Below the pieces are notes generated by a model. It did no database searches. It saw nothing but the letters and a program-made list of their open reading frames with translations, and was not told where the DNA came from. Of a stretch of DNA of 64,000 nucleotides, positions 45,585 through 54,690 are shown piece after piece. The stretch is from the IMG/VR virus record IMGVR_UViG_3300021185_001231; one strand, 5' to 3'. This DNA comes from a virus. Made by a program: the position numbers and the translations under genes. Numbering within the stretch: position 1 is the stretch's first letter; every line of letters starts with the position of its first letter.

Positions 45585-45929
45585 TTATTGTAAATCCACC
45601 AATATATGAGAATGTCTAACAAGAAAAAACCATATACCCACGAAGACACTTGCCCAAAATAAAGCAATAAAGTAGGACCCAAGAGATTCTGATATCCTAT
45701 AAAGAGTATTAAATAATACCCACATGATAAGTAACATGCAAGCTAGGAACCCATATATGGGAGAATGTGTTGTGGCAAACAGAATAGAAAATAAAGACAA
45801 CCAACATAAACTGGAATAAAAAATTAAATTCTTCCTGTTATATTTACGATTTTGATTAAGAAAATCTACCCATAACCAAATCACTCCAGTACTAGAAAAT
45901 ATTTTCCATAACAACCTTTTTATCTTCAT
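45585..45929 (-). CDS. putative membrane protein
   Basis: several hydrophobic segments; ATGA overlap with the upstream stop. Confidence 0.5.
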   Translation of the reverse strand: MKIKRLLWKIFSSTGVIWLWVDFLNQNRKYNRKNLIFYSSLCWLSLFSILFATTHSPIYGFLACMLLIMWVLFNTLYRISESLGSYFIALFWASVFVGIWFFLVRHSHILVDLQ

Positions 45930-46237
45930 CTTTTTTTATACCTATCGTCACACTCTAAATGACCATCACTTAGATGTGTCATAAGAATAAGAAGTTGAGT
46001 AGCGGCATGTGCTAAATGATTTCTACCAGACTCAGGATCTAAGTCCTCACCCGACCAAAAAGATGTTAGATGTCTTTGGATAGACGCGTAGGTTCGGGAC
46101 CACTCGGTGTTACCACCATCATGTCTCCAATCATCTCTAGCATACTTTTCCGCACCGAATGTCATTACATGGGCAATTTCCACTAAGGCCTCCGGTGGTA
46201 TCAAACTCAAATCGGGTTTACCGTTATCATACTTCAT
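45926..46237 (-). CDS. DUF5664-family dATP/dGTP diphosphohydrolase-like protein
   Basis: K.D.GK...L.P...V.TFGA.KY...W...RH......GE..DPESG..HLAHA. Confidence 0.8.
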   Translation of the reverse strand: MKYDNGKPDLSLIPPEALVEIAHVMTFGAEKYARDDWRHDGGNTEWSRTYASIQRHLTSFWSGEDLDPESGRNHLAHAATQLLILMTHLSDGHLECDDRYKKR

Positions 46238-46265
46238 AATTTATCCTATAATATATATATTTTTA

Positions 46266-46628
46266 TTATCCTTCTTTGTCTAAATCCCACCTTACTATAT
46301 TCTTTCCCCTTAAATAACTAAATAAGGTTTTCTTATTTTTCCACTTGGTTAACCACGGAGCATTATTTCTTTCAGCATCGAGGAAAACCGCATTAGTAAT
46401 AACTGTAGGAATAAGTATCGCAAGGTGAACTCCAATACTAACAGGAATACTATAACCAAGCCATCCAAAATAGTAGATAGCAATCAACCCGAAAAAACCA
46501 CTCCACATGGTGAATAGAGCTAACATAAGATAAGACTGAAGTACAGGATCGGGAATATATCTCAAAGGGTTGAATCGGAGGTCCATAACAGACCTCCAAG
46601 AATTTACTACAAAATCTAAAAATTTCAT
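46266..46628 (-). CDS. membrane protein
   Basis: W..VMD...NPL..IPD pattern plus 2 TM. Confidence 0.65.
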   Translation of the reverse strand: MKFLDFVVNSWRSVMDLRFNPLRYIPDPVLQSYLMLALFTMWSGFFGLIAIYYFGWLGYSIPVSIGVHLAILIPTVITNAVFLDAERNNAPWLTKWKNKKTLFSYLRGKNIVRWDLDKEG

Positions 46629-47596
46629 TATGCTGCCTCCGCGAAATCAATTGCTTGAGATAGTGCGACTTGTTTACGGTTTTGATTAGAACCAAACCAC
46701 GCAGAAGTCATTCGAGTATCCGCACTACGACCCATCTCGTGATCAGTCAAGTAAGTTACACTGTTAAGTGCTTGCCACCAAGAACCTCTGCCAAACTCTG
46801 CGCCAGGTTGAGTCTGAAGAACATCAAAGGCCTTCTGACCGTTAGTAGTCAAGTCTTTGTATTCGTTGACAGTAACTTGATTTTTTCCCTGATAAGTTCT
46901 AGGAAAAACTTCGTTGTAGTATTTGATCAAAGATTCTGGAGTAAATCTTTTACTCGCAAGGAACTTCGCAACTTCTTTGTATTCCTCAAATCTACGATGT
47001 GCGATACCCATAGTCACTTTGACATGGTCAGCATCAAACGCACGACGATGGTTAATCTTCGCGCCATTTATAGCACGACCCTTTAGAGCCATCGCAAGAC
47101 TATTCATACATGTTACACGAACCGGAGTGAATCGGATATCAATTGATTTTCCGTACTCGTGAGGGTTAGAGAATAGAAGGTAAGAGTCAACTTGGTCACC
47201 ACCAAGGATGTCGAAAGACTCTTTGATGCGAGCCATTGCATAAACCATCTTACCACCTTTCAGAGAACCAGCGGTAGACATTTCCATACCACCCTCTAAA
47301 CAGTACTCATTGAAAAATTCAAAAGCAGTTTCGTTTTGACAAGGTTCCCAATTACCGCCCACTTGGGTTAGGACCTTATTGTCGGAAGATCGAACGAGAG
47401 CTTCTTTACCAGTAGGTATAAGGTCTACACCGTCCTTTGCGGCAAAAGTAGGACATTTTTCTACGGTCCAATTAGTTCCGGACTTCTCCATCATTTGTTG
47501 TGGAGACAAGTCATTAGAGACTTGAGTTCCAATACCCCAAGGACACTTACCCACAGTCGCAGAGGTTTCTATTTGTAGTACATCGTTCATGCTCAT
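46628..47596 (-). CDS. DUF932 family protein
   Basis: QN..AF.F, TAGSL.GG, TPVRV.C.N.L, H, W.A.N.VT...DH. Confidence 0.85.
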   Translation of the reverse strand: MSMNDVLQIETSATVGKCPWGIGTQVSNDLSPQQMMEKSGTNWTVEKCPTFAAKDGVDLIPTGKEALVRSSDNKVLTQVGGNWEPCQNETAFEFFNEYCLEGGMEMSTAGSLKGGKMVYAMARIKESFDILGGDQVDSYLLFSNPHEYGKSIDIRFTPVRVTCMNSLAMALKGRAINGAKINHRRAFDADHVKVTMGIAHRRFEEYKEVAKFLASKRFTPESLIKYYNEVFPRTYQGKNQVTVNEYKDLTTNGQKAFDVLQTQPGAEFGRGSWWQALNSVTYLTDHEMGRSADTRMTSAWFGSNQNRKQVALSQAIDFAEAA

Positions 47597-47634
47597 AATA
47601 TAATCCTATATGCTTTCTCAGTTTTAATACAAGT

Positions 47635-47663
47635 ATTATAACACAGAGGAATAGTTTTGTCAA
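47635..47663 (-). promoter_or_regulatory. sigma70-type early promoter
   Basis: TTGACA-N17-TATAAT. Confidence 0.85.
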
Positions 47664-47682
47664 CACTTATTTTAAAAATAAT

Positions 47683-48813
47683 TTAACGAATTATATCAAT
47701 ATCTTCAGCATTAACATTCCAAGTCTCAACTTGGTGACGTAGTCTGTTATCCGACCTAAGATTCTCGTATCGTTTGGAAGCTTTCTTTCTCCACCATTCG
47801 ATGACATTCTCAAGTTCGAATCTATCAAAGTTCTCTTTCTTTATTAATGTATCAGTTTCACCATTAAGATATTGCGGAACATTATCATAACCGTAAGTAG
47901 AATAGAAAGAACGTTTCCTTTCTGTTAATCCTTTAGCATCTAGGAAGGTCTGACAGAACTTCGCATAGGCATCTTCATCACATGACTTGAGAGAGGATTT
48001 GATAATAGATACCATTTTACTTTGGGTTTTCAACTTTCGAGAACTGGCGTCAGCTGGAACCAAATAGTCACCGTCATTGCGTTCCTTGAACCAATCGTTT
48101 AGTCTTCGGAAGTTATCATCATTTATGAGCGGAGCGAAGTTAGAGTCTGTCAGACCGTTAAATCGTAACAATGGTTTCATTCCGTCATACATAGAAGATG
48201 ACTTAGACGAACCATAGAGTGATGTTGTCTCAAACATACAGATATTCGAGTTGTACTTCTTATTGAGAGTTTCTCTTACTGTATGTGAACAACAGATAGC
48301 GGCAAGAAGTTTTCCGCCAAGATAATTAAAACCAAATGGTTGTGTAGGCACAATATTAAAACCCATGATAACAGAATCATTGAATCTCTTCATTGTAGCT
48401 GGGTCTAGAGTATTGAGAGGTTTACCTAACCACTCATTTCTAGGACGAGAATTTATTGTAGGAGAACCGAAACGAATCATGCCCATAACCATTCCGGAAT
48501 TTTTCTCTTTGACCAACCACAGCATTTGTTTGCCTGGGATGCTCTTCTCAACCGGAGCTGAAGTCGTTATTTCCATGTAGGACATAAACTGATCCTGTTT
48601 ACATGGCATTACCACAAATTCCATATCTTTAGGGTGCATATCGAATTTATCAAATAAATCGTTTTCTGGGCCCATGCCGGGCAAAGAATAAGGAAATGTT
48701 TCCATTCTTTCCATTTTTATTTGACGCATATAATCATCAATACGATTAAAGGTATCAAAGAAATTCTCGAATATATTTGCTGCATGGTAAGCATCAGTCT
48801 TGTTTAGAATCAT
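47683..48813 (-). CDS. DUF4338/DruA-like protein
   Basis: PG...GSP....PR..W.G...P.QPF...LGGKLLA...TTSLYG...S.Y. Confidence 0.6.
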   Translation of the reverse strand: MILNKTDAYHAANIFENFFDTFNRIDDYMRQIKMERMETFPYSLPGMGPENDLFDKFDMHPKDMEFVVMPCKQDQFMSYMEITTSAPVEKSIPGKQMLWLVKEKNSGMVMGMIRFGSPTINSRPRNEWLGKPLNTLDPATMKRFNDSVIMGFNIVPTQPFGFNYLGGKLLAAICCSHTVRETLNKKYNSNICMFETTSLYGSSKSSSMYDGMKPLLRFNGLTDSNFAPLINDDNFRRLNDWFKERNDGDYLVPADASSRKLKTQSKMVSIIKSSLKSCDEDAYAKFCQTFLDAKGLTERKRSFYSTYGYDNVPQYLNGETDTLIKKENFDRFELENVIEWWRKKASKRYENLRSDNRLRHQVETWNVNAEDIDIIR

Positions 48814-48841
48814 AATAATAAAACCTAATAATATAACGTGT

Positions 48842-48870
48842 ATTATACACTAATCAAAAGAAAAAGTCAA
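48842..48870 (-). promoter_or_regulatory. sigma70-type promoter
   Basis: TTGACT-N17-TATAAT. Confidence 0.75.
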
Positions 48871-49049
48871 GGAGTTTTTAATGGTCTTCATCGCTGTCAT
48901 ATTCAACATCGATTATTCCTTGAGACTCAAAAAAACTCAGTGTAGATTTTATACCTTGTTGATTTCCATAGTACCTACCTGTATAATATGATATAGCCAT
49001 TAAGACCAAACAAGTTAGTGTAAATTCGTAACTAGTCATAAAACTTTCC

Positions 49050-50459
49050 TTACATTTTAAAGTTTGAGAAATTTCCCTTCTCTGATTTTATTCTTTGTCC
49101 AGAAGCACTATTGTCGAAAACTGGACCTGTATCTTCTTCAGGTTTGTTTAATACACAAAGACTCTCATCAACATCGTGAAGTCGCATCTTAGATCTTTCT
49201 ACACCTATAGTAAATCTTTGATTGACACTTGGATCATTATATCTGTTTTTTAATTGTTTGACCAATATTTGATTGTTGTTTGCAAGTTCATCATTTGATA
49301 TGAGAGCAAACATTAAGTCAGCTGTCGCAGGCAGTCCAAATGATTCAGAAGTATCTTCAAGACCGACATCATCATTACTATAACCTGATCTTGTAGTCTG
49401 AGTCGCAGACATTATTGGTAAGTTAAATTCTACCGCAAGACCTCTCATCTCTTCTGCAATAGACTTTATGTAAGTATAGGAGTTAATCGAACCTCCCATA
49501 GACTTCATTCGAGCAGAGGCACAAATATTCAGATAGTCAATATAAATAAGTTCCGGTACAAAATTCTTCTTAAGTTTCAACTCATTTAATAATGCACGAA
49601 AATGTGAAGTGTTTGCTTGACCAGTCGGGTATTCTTTAATAATAAGTTTACCTTGAGTCTTATCCGCAATTGACTTCACTCTATCCTTAAACTTATCCTC
49701 TTGCATATACTCAAGAGAACCTATATCAACATTCAGAAGGTTCGCATCAATACGTTCTGCGATACGTTCTTCCGCCATTTCCATAGTGATATATAGGACA
49801 TTACGACCCTGTGATAAAGCGGAAGCTGCACAATGACACATGAATAAAGATTTACCAACACCAGTTCCAGCGAGAGCAATATTCAAAGTCTTATTGGGAA
49901 GTCCACCCTTAGTAATACGATTAAAGTAATCTAGATCAAAAGGAATGCGTTCCTCTTGTCTATGGTAAAACTCAAATCTTTCGTCTATGTTCTCTAAGTA
50001 ATCGTGACCAACTGCTGTATCGAATGTAACAGCAAGTGCTTTACTAAGTACATCGGGTATAGCATTCTTTGAAAGAGTTTGATGTTTTCCATCAATTATC
50101 TGAATTGACTCCATGACACTATTAAACACGGCACGATCTTGACACCACTTCTCAGTGGAATCAATCAACCATTCTAAGTTTTCTTTTTGCGGAGTAAATA
50201 TATTCGGCAATATTTCTATTGCGTGTCGATACTGTTCGTCGTTTAGTCTGTCGCCAGAATCGATTTCAATTTTGAAAGCTTCCATACTAGGAAGTTTATT
50301 GTATTTAGCAATGAATAACGTGAACTCTTTAAAGAGACCTTTGTAGACCCCCTCAAAGTATTCGGGTTGTAAAAATGCAGCAACCTTTCTTGCGTAATCA
50401 TCATTCGTTAACAGATTCCTCAGAATCGTCTGTTCCAGTGTTATCTCCAACTTCATCAT
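49050..50459 (-). CDS. gp41: DnaB-like replicative helicase gp41
   Basis: AGTGVGKS, ITMEMAEERIAERIDAN, IKEYPT, DYLNI, ATQTTR, KQLKNRY. Confidence 0.96.
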   Translation of the reverse strand: MMKLEITLEQTILRNLLTNDDYARKVAAFLQPEYFEGVYKGLFKEFTLFIAKYNKLPSMEAFKIEIDSGDRLNDEQYRHAIEILPNIFTPQKENLEWLIDSTEKWCQDRAVFNSVMESIQIIDGKHQTLSKNAIPDVLSKALAVTFDTAVGHDYLENIDERFEFYHRQEERIPFDLDYFNRITKGGLPNKTLNIALAGTGVGKSLFMCHCAASALSQGRNVLYITMEMAEERIAERIDANLLNVDIGSLEYMQEDKFKDRVKSIADKTQGKLIIKEYPTGQANTSHFRALLNELKLKKNFVPELIYIDYLNICASARMKSMGGSINSYTYIKSIAEEMRGLAVEFNLPIMSATQTTRSGYSNDDVGLEDTSESFGLPATADLMFALISNDELANNNQILVKQLKNRYNDPSVNQRFTIGVERSKMRLHDVDESLCVLNKPEEDTGPVFDNSASGQRIKSEKGNFSNFKM

Positions 50460-50760
50460 CTCCTGTAACTAAGCTACCTTCATTATATGCTACCTCAAGA
50501 ATATTCTCAAGTATTTTTGTGGTCTTGTTTTGTAAATCAACATCTTCAGATGTAAGACCATCAATGGGAGAGGAGACTACCGAAAAACTAAACTTCAGTC
50601 TATCCATCTCTCCGTCAAATTGTATGTTACCATACACAATTACAGTTTCAACAAAATCTCCAGTAAGAATTCTTACGTGCCAGGCTTGTTGGTTACTTGC
50701 TTCACCAACAGGTACTAACTCATAATCTACATTCTCAGTTTGATTAGATTGTTCATTCAT
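50401..50760 (-). CDS. probable gp40 head vertex assembly chaperone homolog
   Basis: size and position between uvsX and gp41 as in T4; I..G.F....I.YG motif. Confidence 0.55.
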   Translation of the reverse strand: MNEQSNQTENVDYELVPVGEASNQQAWHVRILTGDFVETVIVYGNIQFDGEMDRLKFSFSVVSSPIDGLTSEDVDLQNKTTKILENILEVAYNEGSLVTGDDEVGDNTGTDDSEESVNE

Positions 50761-50771
50761 AATAATACCCT

Positions 50772-50800
50772 ATTATACACTATTCTGGGGGGTTTGTAAA
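50772..50800 (-). promoter_or_regulatory. sigma70-type promoter with -35 inside a GGGGG/CCCCC stem-loop
   Basis: TTTACA-N17-TATAAT; inverted repeat about 50788-50805. Confidence 0.7.
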
Positions 50801-50818
50801 CCCCCTTTTAAAAATAAA

Positions 50819-51856
50819 TTATGCTGCTTCATTCTCTACTTCGATATCAAGTTCAACAACACTCTGTAGACCTATTTGATATTGTTTCTTTAGGAAGTCT
50901 TTGAAGTCAGTTTCTTTAAATATAGGAGACCAGAAGTCTTCTGTGAGAGTAACATCTTTACGAACCTTCTTATCAGTTCCAGCTCGTTGATACCAACCGT
51001 TAGATGGTTTTTCCACATAACCTCCAGCCAATGCCACATCAAGTAGACCCGACCATTTTTCTACACCACCATTCCAAGACACACTGATAGGAATCTTAGA
51101 ATTTTCTTTGGCGTATCGAGACTTCTCAACTTTAATTACAAAATCATAACCAGTAACTTCTGTACCAGTCTTGTTCTGTCTACGACCAATGATCCATACA
51201 TTGTCTGCACTATACATGATACCAGTACCGCCAGAGACAACATCTTTAGGATAGAGACCGATCTCTTTGTATGTATGGTTAATAGCGATCATAGGAATCT
51301 TCTTCATATTTAAGTATGGTGTTGCCATACGGAATAAAGACTTGAACGCTTTTGCACGTGACATATCAGCAACAGACTTACCATCTCTAGCATCATCTAA
51401 TTCTTTCTTAGATGCAAGGTTACCGACAGAGTCAATTACTATAATAACATCATCTTTCTCAGTTAAGTTTTCTAACTGATTGATTAAGTCAAACTTTAAT
51501 TCCTCAACATCTTTGATAGGTACGTGTAATACACGAGTAGTGTCTATACCAAACTGATCAAAATAAGACTGAGGAGATCCAAACTCAGAATCATAAAAAA
51601 GCATCACTGCATCTTTTTTATGTTTAAGGTAAGCACCAGCCATCAATAATGCAAAGGAAGTCTTGAAGTGTTTAGATGGACCAGCAAGAACCGTAAGGCC
51701 TGGCGTTACTCCCCCATCAGTAGAACCAGAGAGTGCTACATTTACCATAGGCACTTCAGTAGGAACCATATCCACTTCAGTAAAAAACTTACTATCCGCA
51801 AGGGTAGAACTATCTTTTACTCTAGACTGTTTTTTCAATTTATCCATTAAATTCAT
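50819..51856 (-). CDS. uvsX: RecA-like recombinase UvsX
   Basis: AGPSKHFKT, YDSEFG, DSVGNLASKKE, ADMSRAK, SGGTG. Confidence 0.96.
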   Translation of the reverse strand: MNLMDKLKKQSRVKDSSTLADSKFFTEVDMVPTEVPMVNVALSGSTDGGVTPGLTVLAGPSKHFKTSFALLMAGAYLKHKKDAVMLFYDSEFGSPQSYFDQFGIDTTRVLHVPIKDVEELKFDLINQLENLTEKDDVIIVIDSVGNLASKKELDDARDGKSVADMSRAKAFKSLFRMATPYLNMKKIPMIAINHTYKEIGLYPKDVVSGGTGIMYSADNVWIIGRRQNKTGTEVTGYDFVIKVEKSRYAKENSKIPISVSWNGGVEKWSGLLDVALAGGYVEKPSNGWYQRAGTDKKVRKDVTLTEDFWSPIFKETDFKDFLKKQYQIGLQSVVELDIEVENEAA

Positions 51857-52764
51857 TCTTTATCTTCTCCAAAATTCACAAATGTAATATTATTAACTCT
51901 TTCACGATCATCTAACTCATAGTCCTTTCGGTAACGAGTGTTGATATCTAGAATTCTTTCTAGAATATCCATTGATACTATGTTCCCATCTTCATCAGTC
52001 TGTTCAGAAAACTTTAAGAGAGCATTAGTATCTTTCGGCAAACATGCGCCACCGAAACCACGTTTCTTATCGAAGCCCGGCACACGTGTATGACCGATTC
52101 CGACTCTGGGATCTAATCCCACAGTACGTGATATAATATTGTAACTGCAACCATACATATTAATCAAATCATAAATCTGATTAAAGAATGTAACCTTAGT
52201 CGCTAGGTACGAATTGATTGTATACTTTACAAAGGAAGCTTCAAATGCTGTCATATAGTGGTAGTCATTAGATGCACATCCACTAAATATATCATAAATT
52301 TCACTTAGTTCACGAGTTGCAGATTCTGATCCACCCATGACATGATAGTCAGCATTGACAAAGTCCGCCTTGGCATTAGACTCTGTAAGAAACTCTGGGT
52401 TATAAACAAAACGATCCGTATCCTTAAGATCCATAGAACTATAAATCTTATCAATTATATCGGGAGTTACTGTCGATTTAACAACAACTAATGCTTTAGT
52501 ATGGATAAGAGATTTTTGTACTGCATCAATAACAATAGTAGCATCAACCTTACCATCTTCGCCTTGTGGTGTTGGTGCGCATACGAATACGAGATGAGGA
52601 GAAAACTCTTTCAAGTCATCAATGGAAGTATTATATTTTGGGTCTACAGCATAAGACTTCACCAAAGGATGGGTGAATGCATATTCTACAGCCTGTCCAA
52701 CAAACCCATGACCTACTATAGCAAGTCGGAATTGGTTATTAGGACTCAATGGTTCATTATTCAT
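51853..52764 (-). CDS. ugd: UDP-glucose 6-dehydrogenase-like (lacks C-terminal domain)
   Basis: GHGFVG, CAPTP, KST, NPEFL.E, K...N..LA.KV.F.N, GFGGACLPKD. Confidence 0.85.
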   Translation of the reverse strand: MNNEPLSPNNQFRLAIVGHGFVGQAVEYAFTHPLVKSYAVDPKYNTSIDDLKEFSPHLVFVCAPTPQGEDGKVDATIVIDAVQKSLIHTKALVVVKSTVTPDIIDKIYSSMDLKDTDRFVYNPEFLTESNAKADFVNADYHVMGGSESATRELSEIYDIFSGCASNDYHYMTAFEASFVKYTINSYLATKVTFFNQIYDLINMYGCSYNIISRTVGLDPRVGIGHTRVPGFDKKRGFGGACLPKDTNALLKFSEQTDEDGNIVSMDILERILDINTRYRKDYELDDRERVNNITFVNFGEDKE

Positions 52765-53711
52765 TATTTAACCTTATGGTAATCTTTGTACCACGCATAA
52801 AAGTTTTTAATACCGTCTTCGATATTAGTTTTAGGGACGTAACCCAATCCCTCCAGTTTAGTCGTATTAGACCAAGTCTCTAAAGAATCTGCTGGATGTC
52901 TAGGAACCAAATCAATTATGGCATCTATACCACAGTTCTTTTCAATCTCCCTTACAAAATGCATAAGGTCAACTTGTTTGCCACGACCAATATTAAAGAT
53001 TTCACTATTCCCAATTTCATTATTGTGAATAACGATTTCAATACCATCTAAGATATCTTCAACGTATGTGAAGTCTCTTTTCATATTACCATAATTATAC
53101 ACTTTTATTTCGTTTTTGTCAAGTATATTTTTAGTAAAATCAAACAAAGCCATATCGGGTCTTCCCCAAGGGCCATATACAGTAAAGAATCTAAGTCCTG
53201 TATTATTCAGTCCAGATATCTCAAACTGAATTTCGTTGATGTATTTGGTATAAGTGTAGGCGTTTAACTGTTTTCCGAGTATCTGATTTTCTTTCCATCC
53301 ATCTTCAGGTATCTCGGTTCCACCAAACACACCAGAAGTTGATGCATAAATGACTCTAACATCAGGAACAACTTCCTTACACATTTCAATAAGGTTTTGT
53401 GTACCGTCAATGTTGTTTGCATGGTATTCAGATTCCTTTCCGAAAGAATCTCTAACTCCAGCATGTGCCGCAAGGTGAACTATAGTATCAGGTCTAAAGT
53501 CACCCAATACAATTCTTAATCCATCCCTATCTCTCAGATCACATTCAGAAACATCTAATCCAAAATGATTTACTCTATCTCTTTTCAGTTCTGGTTCATA
53601 AAGATGATTGTTGTAGTTATCTAAACCACGAACATCATGTCCACTATTCCTTAACCTATTTGTTAATTGTGAACCGATAAATCCTGCGGCTCCAGTTACT
53701 AATATTTTCAT
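52764..53711 (-). CDS. NAD-dependent epimerase (UDP-glucuronate 4-epimerase-like)
   Basis: TGAAGFIG, HLAA.AGVR.S, YxxxK, LRFFTVYGPWGRPDMA, RDFTYV.D. Confidence 0.88.
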   Translation of the reverse strand: MKILVTGAAGFIGSQLTNRLRNSGHDVRGLDNYNNHLYEPELKRDRVNHFGLDVSECDLRDRDGLRIVLGDFRPDTIVHLAAHAGVRDSFGKESEYHANNIDGTQNLIEMCKEVVPDVRVIYASTSGVFGGTEIPEDGWKENQILGKQLNAYTYTKYINEIQFEISGLNNTGLRFFTVYGPWGRPDMALFDFTKNILDKNEIKVYNYGNMKRDFTYVEDILDGIEIVIHNNEIGNSEIFNIGRGKQVDLMHFVREIEKNCGIDAIIDLVPRHPADSLETWSNTTKLEGLGYVPKTNIEDGIKNFYAWYKDYHKVK

Positions 53712-54655
53712 TAACCTTTCCTATAAACGTATTCTAGCGCTCTATCGGCTTCTACGATAATTGGACGATTCTCATACCAATTGCCATTACAAGCGTCAAA
53801 CTCTTTACACAATTCAGCAATCTGAATTGCAGTTATTGGGTATCCTTTCTTTATAGCGTTTCCAGCTATCGCTATCATTATCTGGTACATTTTTGCGTAC
53901 CATCCAGTTCCAGTTATAGTTTGATATTCCATCGCCATTCTTTTTGGAAAGAATGGACAATCTCTAAAACCCGTCCATCGATACTCAGTATTATTTAGAC
54001 TATTCTTACGATGTTCTATGACCGCACTTTGCATTTGTGGTGGTAATCTATCAAGAAAAGAATTTCCGGTCTTCTGAACATAAGGATGTTTAGAGATAAG
54101 TTCGGAAGTGTTTAATGCCTTACCAGATGTATTATGAAAAATAAAACCATAGGCGTCAGGATAATCAGCTGGTACATAATACATACGCGCCAAGTCTTTA
54201 GTTTGCGGATCTCCCATTTCCCCCAGTTCGGTATTGAGGGCGTGCCAGAACGCTTTGATATTATCTCTCTGTATCTGTTCATCAATCCTAAATACAATAC
54301 GAAATTTAAGATAATCCATGCGACTAGAAGCAGTGCTATAAACCACATAATCGACATCTCCCAGTTGTTCAGAAAGTTGTTCATTTAGAGTGTCCACACT
54401 GTTAGAAAACCTATGAGTATCAACATCAACAGCACACCAACCACCCCAATATAAAGTATTGTCATTAGAACGCGTACTATCGGTTTTAAAAACAGCAGGA
54501 CTAATAAGAGGACTAGAATTATTTCCACCTTTCTTTCCTTTTTGTTTGATCAATCCATAAAGTTCTTGGACGAACTTATCCCAAGTATCGTAAGAAACTT
54601 TTCTATGAGTCTTGTTATCAAACTGATTTTTGAATATAGTTAATTCGTAATTCAT
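53711..54655 (-). CDS. archaeo-eukaryotic primase (primase-polymerase)-like protein
   Basis: AVDVD, YSTAS, KFRIVF, D.QTKD.ARMYY.P; helical C-terminal domain. Confidence 0.6.
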   Translation of the reverse strand: MNYELTIFKNQFDNKTHRKVSYDTWDKFVQELYGLIKQKGKKGGNNSSPLISPAVFKTDSTRSNDNTLYWGGWCAVDVDTHRFSNSVDTLNEQLSEQLGDVDYVVYSTASSRMDYLKFRIVFRIDEQIQRDNIKAFWHALNTELGEMGDPQTKDLARMYYVPADYPDAYGFIFHNTSGKALNTSELISKHPYVQKTGNSFLDRLPPQMQSAVIEHRKNSLNNTEYRWTGFRDCPFFPKRMAMEYQTITGTGWYAKMYQIMIAIAGNAIKKGYPITAIQIAELCKEFDACNGNWYENRPIIVEADRALEYVYRKG

Positions 54656-54661
54656 AGTGGT

Positions 54662-54690
54662 ATTATAACATACTTAGGAGTATTTGTCAA
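54662..54690 (-). promoter_or_regulatory. sigma70-type promoter (probably leaderless transcript)
   Basis: TTGACA-N17-TATAAT with ATG 6 nt downstream of the -10 box. Confidence 0.75.
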
